Part shown: positions 9,685-17,800 of the stretch, piece after piece | How the letters are laid out: each line of letters starts with the position of its first letter | How positions within the stretch are numbered: the stretch's first letter is position 1 | DNA from: a virus | Taxonomy: Duplodnaviria > Caudoviricetes | Strand: one strand, 5' to 3' | IMG/VR virus record: IMGVR_UViG_3300030103_005479 | Coordinates: 1-39,490 of that record | Length of the DNA stretch: 39,490 nt | Notes under the pieces: generated by a model | The model's database searches: none | What the model saw: only the letters and a program-made list of their open reading frames with translations | Told to the model about the DNA's origin: nothing | Translations under genes and position numbers: made by a program

Positions 9685-9860
9685 TGGCATTGAAAAGAGA
9701 CAGTTGCTGCTGCGGCGGCGATAAGAAGAACCCCTGCAAGTGCATGGAGAAGGGCGTGATGAAATGCTCGATGAAACCACCTCGATGTCCATGCTACAGC
9801 CTGCTTCACGCACAGCGCAAGGCCGCTGACAAGTTGACTAAGATGGTGTTCGTGATATGA
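9684..9860 (+). CDS. Small Cys-rich basic protein
   Basis: TAATG coupling at 9682-9686; MALKRDSCCCGG..PCKC..KC..RCPC; ATGA coupling to the next gene. Confidence 0.65.
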   Translation: MALKRDSCCCGGDKKNPCKCMEKGVMKCSMKPPRCPCYSLLHAQRKAADKLTKMVFVI

Positions 9861-10051
9861 CTGACTCATGTGAATGCGGGCATTGCACTTCTATGGGGAA
9901 GGCGTGGGACTCCCTTGAGAAGAAACTATGTCCCGAGGGCAAGGCAGCAGCAAAGAGGAAGTTCAAGGTATACCCATCAGCATATGCGAATGGCTGGGCT
10001 GTGCAGTATTGCCGTGGAAAGTTCCGTGGTAAGAAGGGGAAGAAGAAATGA
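9857..10051 (+). CDS. Small basic protein with Cys leader and a KFKVYPSAYANG motif
   Basis: ATGA overlap; MTDSCECGHCTSMGKAWDSLEK leader followed by a K-rich domain. Confidence 0.75.
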   Translation: MTDSCECGHCTSMGKAWDSLEKKLCPEGKAAAKRKFKVYPSAYANGWAVQYCRGKFRGKKGKKK

Positions 10052-10104
10052 ATACCACCTACGTTGAAGATTCCAATGAGTACACCGTCTTCTGGGGTGA
10101 ATGA
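10048..10104 (+). CDS. Putative 18-aa acidic mini-ORF (MNTTYVEDSNEYTVFWGE)
   Basis: ATG overlaps the upstream stop; TGA directly abuts ATG 10105 in the same frame; fills the gap exactly. Confidence 0.4.
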   Translation: MNTTYVEDSNEYTVFWGE

Positions 10105-10464
10105 ATGGAACGATGCACTTGCCATGACACCCTTGTCGTCAAGAACCTCAACCGATGGTTCAAGGAGAAATGGGTCGATGTGTCGAGGAAGGACAAGGAC
10201 GGCAAACACCCACCATGCGGTAGGTCGAAGGCCAAGAAGTCAAGCAAGGGGTATCCGAAGTGCAGACCATCAGTGAAGGTCAGCAGCGACACGCCGAAGA
10301 CATCACGCTCCATGTCGACCGGGCAGAAGAAAGCAGCCACCAAGAGAAAGAGAGCCAAGAAGCAGGGTGTCGGTGGGAAACCCACCATAGTCAAGAGCAC
10401 ACCTATGGATGATGCTTGGCAGATTCTCAAAGCGCCTCCTGTATTGTCAAGGGTACAGGAGTAG
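10105..10464 (+). CDS. Small basic protein (LNRWFKEKWVDV...CGR...YPKCRP type) with C-terminal PMDDAWQILKA tag
   Basis: GGGGTGA RBS; K/R-rich; motif resembles small basic proteins of marine viruses (DUF5872-like, from memory). Confidence 0.78.
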   Translation: MERCTCHDTLVVKNLNRWFKEKWVDVSRKDKDGKHPPCGRSKAKKSSKGYPKCRPSVKVSSDTPKTSRSMSTGQKKAATKRKRAKKQGVGGKPTIVKSTPMDDAWQILKAPPVLSRVQE

Positions 10465-10473
10465 TTAAGTAAA
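10465..10473 (+). promoter_or_regulatory. Putative archaeal TATA box
   Basis: TTAAGTAAA in an intergenic gap, beginning 29 nt before ATG 10494. Confidence 0.4.
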
Positions 10474-10493
10474 GGTCAAATGAGGGGTCAAGT

Positions 10494-11714
10494 ATGTGGG
10501 GCAGCGCTTTTCTCAATGACTCCTTCCAAATCACAAAGTCAGAGCCTACCACATCGGAGAGACCAGTCATCAAGAGCATGTTCTCCATAACCGGCGAGGG
10601 TTGGTTCGAGACCCACTTGGGGTGCACTGCCGCAGACTTCGTCGACAAGTTGCGCAAGATGAGAAGGAGCAACAAGGATTCCAAGATTGAGATTGACACT
10701 ATCATAGAGGATGTCAGGACCCTCAAGGCCCTAGAGGTCAAAGCCACGCTCGACCACATTCCATGGGCTGGTGACAGGTATGACACCATTCGCAATCTGG
10801 GTCTCTCCGACAGGGACCTCAAGAGCCTGCGCAGATTCTCGGACTCCAGACAGGTGGGTCTCATACAGGCCTGCAATCTGTGGGAGAACGCGGACTCTGC
10901 GCTGAAATCACTCGACGAGTTCGAGGATGTCTGGGGGGAGGAGGAGCAGAGGGCATGGGCCAGTGCCATGCAGAGCAAGACCGAGGCTCGCAAGATGTGG
11001 CGCTCCACCCTGCATCAGGCAGACACCCTGAGCACCAAGGACAGGGAGACCCTGTCCAAGACCGCTGAGATTCTCTCACTGGAGGGACCTCTCAGTTCAC
11101 GCTCGCTCCATGAGCGCCTGATGGAACACGGCTCTGTGCACAAGAGCATGACACCCTCCAAGTTGTCGAAACTGCTCAAGATGTACGGGGACGACGAGGA
11201 TATCACAGCAGGTGCGTCCAGAGGCACATTCGTGAAGATGATGGGCAATGGCCTGATTCTCAAGGACCCGATGGCATACGCCGCCGGCTTCTTGGACGCG
11301 GACGGATACATCACAATCACAGGCAGGGGTGAGGCACGTGCAGGCTTCGTCGCAACGGGCGACAGGGGAAGGGCTCACTGCGAGCAGTTGCACAAGACCC
11401 TCGACTGCGGAGTGCTGCAATTGAATCAGAAGATTCACAAGAACAGCACAAGAAGCCAGCACAGGCTTCAGTTCTACTCCAAGGCCGACGTCGAGAAACT
11501 CCTCAAGGGCATTCTGCCTCATCTGAGGATGAAGGACACTCAGGCCAAGGCCGTTCTGCAATACATCCATGAGGAGAACCCCCTTCGCAAGGAGCAGTTG
11601 ATGCGCGTAGTCCGCTTCTCGAATTGGAAGGATGATACTAAGAAGGCTGAGAATCTCCTGAGCGAATGGGAGTGCACTGTGGATGATATCACGAAATGGA
11701 CGGAGGGGCTTTGA
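10494..11714 (+). CDS. LAGLIDADG endonuclease-domain protein with a long N-terminal helical/winged-helix extension
   Basis: Single motif MAYAAGFLDADGYITIT (11271 onward) plus LLKGILPHLRMKDTQA typical of this fold; about 260-aa N-terminal extension. Confidence 0.85.
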   Translation: MWGSAFLNDSFQITKSEPTTSERPVIKSMFSITGEGWFETHLGCTAADFVDKLRKMRRSNKDSKIEIDTIIEDVRTLKALEVKATLDHIPWAGDRYDTIRNLGLSDRDLKSLRRFSDSRQVGLIQACNLWENADSALKSLDEFEDVWGEEEQRAWASAMQSKTEARKMWRSTLHQADTLSTKDRETLSKTAEILSLEGPLSSRSLHERLMEHGSVHKSMTPSKLSKLLKMYGDDEDITAGASRGTFVKMMGNGLILKDPMAYAAGFLDADGYITITGRGEARAGFVATGDRGRAHCEQLHKTLDCGVLQLNQKIHKNSTRSQHRLQFYSKADVEKLLKGILPHLRMKDTQAKAVLQYIHEENPLRKEQLMRVVRFSNWKDDTKKAENLLSEWECTVDDITKWTEGL

Positions 11715-13453
11715 TGGCAGATGAAGAGAGCAGGGTCAGTCGATTCCTATCTGCCCTAGGAAGACCGTTCCGAAGGAGAACCACACCGCAGCCCCAGATG
11801 CCCCTCTACACCACCGGCATACAGGAGCCGGTTCTAGCACAGGGCATCACCATACCAGCGCTATTCGCCGTATCACGCGAGAATCTCATACTACGCACAG
11901 TGCTCGCCAAACTCAATCAGGAGATATTCAGAAGGGGATACTACTGGGAGAAGAAGTTCGAGGTCAAGTGCACAGAGTGCGGTGAGGAGTACAAGCACGA
12001 GGTGGAAGCCTGCACCATGTGTGACGGACCAGTCAGGAAGTGCGACGTTGATGAGATAATCTACCCCAAGTGGCTGCTCAATCAGGAGAACTCCATGGAG
12101 CAGTCATTCATGAACGTCCTGCAGGAGATAGAGCATGACCTGAATGTCGTTGATGACGCCTTCCTAATCCTAGTCAAGGAGTACTTCGTCGATGAGGAGA
12201 CCTCGGAGATAATGTTCTACAGGGTCAAGGAGATAATCAGGGGAGACCCGATATTCATGCGCATAGTATCTGACAAGAGAGGAGTCCGAGGAGGCAGGTA
12301 CAAGGTGTGTCCCATTCACCGCGACCAAGTCTCATACCCCGGTCAGGACGACCCATGTCAGGTATGCGGCTCCAAGATGGAGGATGCCCACTACGTCAAC
12401 ATGGCCGGTAGCGGAAAGACCCAGTACTACCTCAAGGGCGAGGTGCTGCATGTCAGCAAGTACAACCCCTCCAAACTCTATGGGAAGAGCCCTGTCAACA
12501 CCATGTGGAGACAGGCGATGACACTCACAGCGATGGACAACTACATGTACACAGCGTACCAGAAGAGGAGGATACCCAAGGGAATCATATCGGTCACCAC
12601 CGACAACCTCGAGTCGATGAAGTCCTTCTGGAAGGCGGTCGACGAGAAGATGGAGAGAGACCCCCACTACGTACCGAAGGTCGGCATAGAGTCTGCCACA
12701 GGCAGGGGCGGAGTCAACTGGGTCAAGTTCATGGACACCATGGAGGAGATGCAGTACATCTCCGTGCGCGATGAGATAAGAAACAGAATCGCAGCGTACT
12801 TCGGTGTCTCTGCAGTATTCATGATTGACAACGGCAAGAGCGGAGGCCTCAACAACGAGGGCATGCAGATACTCGTGACCAACAGAGCAGTCGAGTTCGG
12901 TCAGAAGGTGTACACCGAAGTGCTCTTCCCACGCATGCTCAAGCAGATGGACGTGCACGACTGGAAACTCACACTCTATCCGAACGAGGAGGAGGACGAG
13001 ATTACCAGACTACGCAGAGATGAGATGGAGGCCAACCTCGCTCAGCGCATGATGATGCTCGGCTACAAGCCCGAGTTAATGCAGGAGGGCGATAGAGACA
13101 TCCGATTCGTCTATCGCAAGCAGGCCCCAGAGATGGAAGGAGCCCCTCCTGCCGGAGGGGGTCCACCTATGGCACCACCAATGGCTGGCATGGGCGGAGC
13201 ACCACCGATAATGGGAGGCATGCCACCCAGAGGCATGCCAGCCGGACTCATGCAGCAGGTCATGCCACCGTCCCAACCGGGCGGTGAGGGAGTTGGTATC
13301 AGGACTCCGAGGAGCCCAGCGAGCCCACAGCAGCGCTCATCCATGGGCTCAGGGGCGCCTTTCTCCAGCGTCCAGCAGAGAGGACCCACCAATACTCTTG
13401 GGCGTAACGTATCCAATGCCCTAGAGAACGCCAGAAGGCCTCGAGGAGCATAA
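11714..13453 (+). CDS. Portal protein with two Zn-ribbon insertions and a Pro/Gly/Met-rich tail
   Basis: Position after TerL; EVLHVSKY..SKLYGKSP, IPKGII, EMQYISVRDEIRNRIAAYFGVS are HK97-portal-like; TGATG coupling. Confidence 0.9.
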   Translation: MADEESRVSRFLSALGRPFRRRTTPQPQMPLYTTGIQEPVLAQGITIPALFAVSRENLILRTVLAKLNQEIFRRGYYWEKKFEVKCTECGEEYKHEVEACTMCDGPVRKCDVDEIIYPKWLLNQENSMEQSFMNVLQEIEHDLNVVDDAFLILVKEYFVDEETSEIMFYRVKEIIRGDPIFMRIVSDKRGVRGGRYKVCPIHRDQVSYPGQDDPCQVCGSKMEDAHYVNMAGSGKTQYYLKGEVLHVSKYNPSKLYGKSPVNTMWRQAMTLTAMDNYMYTAYQKRRIPKGIISVTTDNLESMKSFWKAVDEKMERDPHYVPKVGIESATGRGGVNWVKFMDTMEEMQYISVRDEIRNRIAAYFGVSAVFMIDNGKSGGLNNEGMQILVTNRAVEFGQKVYTEVLFPRMLKQMDVHDWKLTLYPNEEEDEITRLRRDEMEANLAQRMMMLGYKPELMQEGDRDIRFVYRKQAPEMEGAPPAGGGPPMAPPMAGMGGAPPIMGGMPPRGMPAGLMQQVMPPSQPGGEGVGIRTPRSPASPQQRSSMGSGAPFSSVQQRGPTNTLGRNVSNALENARRPRGA

Positions 13454-13456
13454 GTG

Positions 13457-13467
13457 TAATTAAGACA
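13457..13467 (+). promoter_or_regulatory. Putative archaeal TATA box
   Basis: TAATTAAGACA in an intergenic gap, about 30 nt before ATG 13493. Confidence 0.4.
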
Positions 13468-13492
13468 GCATGCATACGGAAGGGCGAGCACG

Positions 13493-13849
13493 ATGGATTT
13501 GACGAAGATGGACCCCATGGCTAGAAAGATGAATGTCCACGCAGCAGCGCTTTCTAAGGCACTTGAGACAGGGGACGCCGAACTCGCAAAATCACACATC
13601 AGTGAAATCCTGAAAGTCGGCGACTTCATGCTCGAAGACATCAATATGTCCATCACTAAATCAGATGATGCACCGTCAGGCATCAACCAATTCGCAAATG
13701 GAGTACCGGTCATCAAATACAACGAGCGTGGTGCTAAATTCAACCCCGACAACAGGGCCAAGCAACTACCCGGAACCATCATCTCCGCTAGAACCAACTC
13801 GAGGATGAGACCCCACACAGGCACCTTCGGTGGATACAGACCCCAGTAG
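13493..13849 (+). CDS. Hypothetical head-region protein
   Basis: 118-aa ORF with LSKA and ITKS motifs. Confidence 0.75.
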   Translation: MDLTKMDPMARKMNVHAAALSKALETGDAELAKSHISEILKVGDFMLEDINMSITKSDDAPSGINQFANGVPVIKYNERGAKFNPDNRAKQLPGTIISARTNSRMRPHTGTFGGYRPQ

Positions 13850-13857
13850 GTGCTTAC

Positions 13858-14199
13858 ATGAGCGAGGAAGAGAACACGACCGAGCAACTCATGAGCGCTC
13901 TCATCTCCAAGATGGAGTCCATGGACAGCGACATAAGGTCGGTTCGCAATCAGAATGCGCAACTCCGCAAGATGGTGGAGAACCCAGCGGCCCTCCTCAA
14001 GAGGGCCGGCTACGTCCGTACCAACACACCCCTCTCCATAGACATGCTAGAGGACCCATTCAGGAACGATGAGACCGTGCTCAAATCCGAGAGCAACGCG
14101 CAATTAGACTCCTTCACCAATGAAGAGGTGCATGAGATGTCATGGGAAGAGATACACGAGATGGCCGCTCAACACAGAGAAGTAAGGGAGTTGTACTGA
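13858..14199 (+). CDS. Putative minor scaffolding protein (coiled coil, C-terminus shared with the scaffold)
   Basis: AGGTG RBS; C-terminal MSWEEIHEMA matches MSWDEVHNLA at the end of the protease/scaffold ORF. Confidence 0.7.
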   Translation: MSEEENTTEQLMSALISKMESMDSDIRSVRNQNAQLRKMVENPAALLKRAGYVRTNTPLSIDMLEDPFRNDETVLKSESNAQLDSFTNEEVHEMSWEEIHEMAAQHREVRELY

Positions 14200-14200
14200 A

Positions 14201-14704
14201 ATGAGACCTATACCAAGCCCAGCCTCCAACGAGGCATACGAAATGCTAGAGAAAGCACAAGCCCTCCTCGAGAAGGCCATGAAAACCTGCCCTTCATGCG
14301 GCGGTAAGATGGAGAAGGGGTCCTGTGTCAAGTCTCAGTGTATGTCCAAGGCAGAGGGTAAGTGCCCCAGTTGCGGCGGTAAGATGGAGAAGGGGTCCTG
14401 TGTCAAGTCTGGTTGTGATGGTGTGGAGAAGTACGGCACTGTGCAGAAGGGAGACCAGCACAGGATACAGACATTCGGCACCACGCCTGATGCCTCTACA
14501 TTCCACATCGAGACGGGCGGCAACACCTACCACCAGCAGTACAGCACCAACAACACACTACTGGAATCGGAGGACGTCGCCAACAAGGGCGCCACTAGCC
14601 AGAGTTACAACCTCGAGGCTCTCGGCGCGAAGACCAACACTCACGACAGAGCAGTCGAGACTCACGAGATAGACACCGGGATGACTGGTAGAACCAGCGT
14701 CTGA
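14201..14704 (+). CDS. Hypothetical protein with duplicated CPSCGG Zn-ribbon repeat
   Basis: CPSCGGKMEKGSCVKSxC twice; leader EAYEMLEKAQALLEKA. Confidence 0.78.
   Translation: MRPIPSPASNEAYEMLEKAQALLEKAMKTCPSCGGKMEKGSCVKSQCMSKAEGKCPSCGGKMEKGSCVKSGCDGVEKYGTVQKGDQHRIQTFGTTPDASTFHIETGGNTYHQQYSTNNTLLESEDVANKGATSQSYNLEALGAKTNTHDRAVETHEIDTGMTGRTSV
14297..14410 (+). repeat. 39-bp exact direct repeat (14297-14335 and 14372-14410)
   Basis: TGCGGCGGTAAGATGGAGAAGGGGTCCTGTGTCAAGTCT twice, period 75 bp. Confidence 0.9.
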
Positions 14705-14714
14705 GGTGTTCTAG

Positions 14715-14855
14715 ATGTCATCAGTCCGTGTTATCAGGAAAGCCAGAATGGCCCCCTGTGCAACATGCGGAGCCAACCCCATGGAGGGTGAGAGGACATG
14801 CGGACTCGGCAACCACCCCATCGAGGGGTGCAATGATTACAGGCCGGTGCAATAG
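14715..14855 (+). CDS. 46-aa four-Cys peptide (not in ORF track)
   Basis: GAGGTG RBS at 14703; MSSVRVIRKARMAPCATCGANPMEGERTCGLGNHPIEGCNDYRPVQ*; fills the gap between two genes. Confidence 0.7.
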   Translation: MSSVRVIRKARMAPCATCGANPMEGERTCGLGNHPIEGCNDYRPVQ

Positions 14856-14865
14856 GTGGTAGCGT

Positions 14866-17800
14866 GTGTATGAGGACGCTGCTGACGTATTTGTGAGAGC
14901 ACGTGACGCTCTCATCGATTCAGTCAAGGACGACATAGACATAGAGTCCTCGATATCCGACTACATACTGGCCAAGGCCAATCTGGAGGCGCACGACTTC
15001 ACGCCCGGACACACTTGGCGTGAGATACTCTGCGACACTCTAGTCAAGAACGAAAAAGATGGCTATGGCTACATCCGACCGGGCAAGTTCGAGGGTGAGA
15101 TGAGAGCCATAAGGAGGAGGAGGCATCCGGGTCATCTCCCCACGGGACACAATCACTGGTCAGGCAGAGTCATCAACAGCAGGGACAAACTCCCCATAGG
15201 CGTGACTCACGGCCTGCCAATCGACGTTCGTGCGAGATTCGATAGATACCACGGTAGAGAAGACGAGCATATCTTTTCATCCCTATTCGACCCCCTTGAG
15301 AAGAAGTCGATGACGAAGGGCATACCTAGGAAGATTGAACTGCTCGCAAGGAGGTTCCTACCGGACGAGGACGGGAACTCCCGCGCCAAGCAGGTGAAAG
15401 ATGCTGAGAGGCTCATCGAGGACTGGATGAAGAAGACCAACAGTCCCCATGTCAGGGAGAACAAGCAGGGTACCTACTCATACCCCTTACTCGGTCCCCT
15501 CGGCGACTCAGTGGACCAGTCCATACTCAGCCACGAGCACGACCTTTACGAGAGGGACTTCAGGAGATGGAGCGAGGAGAATGAGCAGGGCGAGGACAAC
15601 AGTGAAATCAGGGAGAAGCACTTCTACGCGAGAGCACGGGACTGGATGGACAGGGACAACAAGGCTACCTTGGAGCAAGGCATGACCGAGGAGGAAAAAG
15701 GACTCGTCGATTTCTATCCCGATTCACCAGAGGCCAAGGAGATAAAGGAGAGGGAGAAGTCAATCTCCAACCACCCATCATACCTCAACCACCTCTCATT
15801 CATGATGGGCCTAGAGTGGCTCTCGCCGGAGGAGCGCACCAAGGTCATAGAGCACATATCACCCGACAGTCACGGTAGCGACTCCAAGGAGCAGCACGTG
15901 AAGTTCGACGACGGTACGCGCCTTCCGATGGGTCGCCTCAAGAGGAATATGAGAATGAGAGGGACCAACGCCCTCAGTCACGTCAGGCGAGGACCGAAGG
16001 CAGGGCCCCATAACGTCGCACCGGTGTGGTCGCAGAACCTACCATCCGACCCGCCAGACAAGAGAGCGCTCTTCTCAGCACTGGAATCAGCCTATGTCGA
16101 TAAAGAGGGGGAGGTCACCTTCGATAGGAAAGAAGCGGACATGAAGGGTCACAGCAGACTCATGGATGTGGCGATGAGAAACCTGCATGAGGCCTTCGGG
16201 GTGAACACGGACGACCCGAAGGACGAGATATTCATGCACCTGCCAAATATAGACTCACGTGGTCTATCCAGATTCAATCAGGACGAGATGATGGATGAGA
16301 TGAAGATTCTGACAGAATCCAAGAAGAAGGGCAACGTCGTTCCCAGAGACAACCTGCTGCACGCTCTGGGCTTCAACTCGAAGGGCGAGGAGATACCCGC
16401 AGGGGAGCATGGGTATCCAAAGCACTCAGGTCCTCTCATCACAAACTCCCAACTGCAGTCCCTGCTCAGGAAGGAGAATGAGAACGTCTCGTTGAGAGAC
16501 AGGCAGAGAGAGGTTCAGGACATCCTGTCCATGTTCAGCACCAACGTCGGCTTCAAGGACGCTGATGCCGTACCGGAGGAGATTCAGAAGGCTATGGATA
16601 TACTCGGTGGGAAGCATCTCGCCCATGACTTCGCCGCACCCTATCTGGAGGGAGGGCACGCAATCGACCAGCACATATACGCCACCAAGTTGCACGACCA
16701 CCATCAGATGGATGATGAGAGCCTCATCGCCTCAGTCAATCGTCATAAGGAAAGCATCGTTCCCCAATCAATCAACATGGGCCTATTCGGGCATCTGATT
16801 AGACCCGAGGCAGAGGCCCCTCTGGGACCTCATTACATGCAGCACATGTCCAACTTCCTCGGTGGGGACACCGGCAACCACGCTCTCTCGTCAGTCACCT
16901 CACCGGGGATAGCAGCGCTCATCCATGGATTAAGACAATCAGAAGTGAATAGCAAGTTCGGTATCAAGATGGGCATAGACCAGATGAACAACATGTTCGT
17001 GGATGCAGCCAACGAGGGCACTAGGAAGAACATACCATACGGCAAGTCGCTCGATATGCTGGCTCCCAAGGATATAGACAGCGAGAAACTCGATGTGGGT
17101 GAAGATAGCATCTCGGAAATCGACCTATTCGCAGGCGGCGGTTCTGTCAAGAGAGAACAAGAGCCTGTGATACACACCTCCGGCGAGCAGATAAGGAACA
17201 AGGTAGAGGCGATGAGGCTGGCCATGCTGCTGAGTTCGAGCGAGCGATTCCCAACCTCGGCTTCTACCCATGACTTCCCAGACTCCTCCATGCTCGACTA
17301 CAACAAGAGATACGGCAATCTGGATGAGGAGGGAAGGGTGCTCACTGGCCGGAACAGACCAATGAAGTCCAGACGCATCGACCAGTTGAACCTGAAGCAT
17401 CAATACGACATACAGTCAATCAACGACGCCGCCAAGCATCTGGCGACCCTGCTGCCGGAGGAGGCGCTCGACCCCAGCAACCCGTCATTCGATGCCAACG
17501 TGCGAAGGTTGTTCCACGATGCCGAGCGTGCCATCCACACCTTGCCGAGCGAGTACTGGGAGGGTGTGGGAGTGAGGCCCCTGACAGCGGACTACATGGT
17601 GGAGAATCAAACACAGACAGCGGAGCCGGTCTACCCATCACTGAGAGAGCGTCTCACCACCGGCGGAGGGGTGCCAATCACCAGACTCTCAGACGCATCC
17701 GAGATAGCGGAGCGACTCGGCTTCCCCTCCGACGAGGCGCATACGAGTCACATCCAATCCTACCTAGACACGATACCCGATGATGACGTCCACTTCATAC

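Noticed and set aside
10494-11714. Intein or group I intron explaining the LAGLIDADG domain
   Set aside because: No Cys/Ser start or His-Asn end, and TerL and portal both appear complete.
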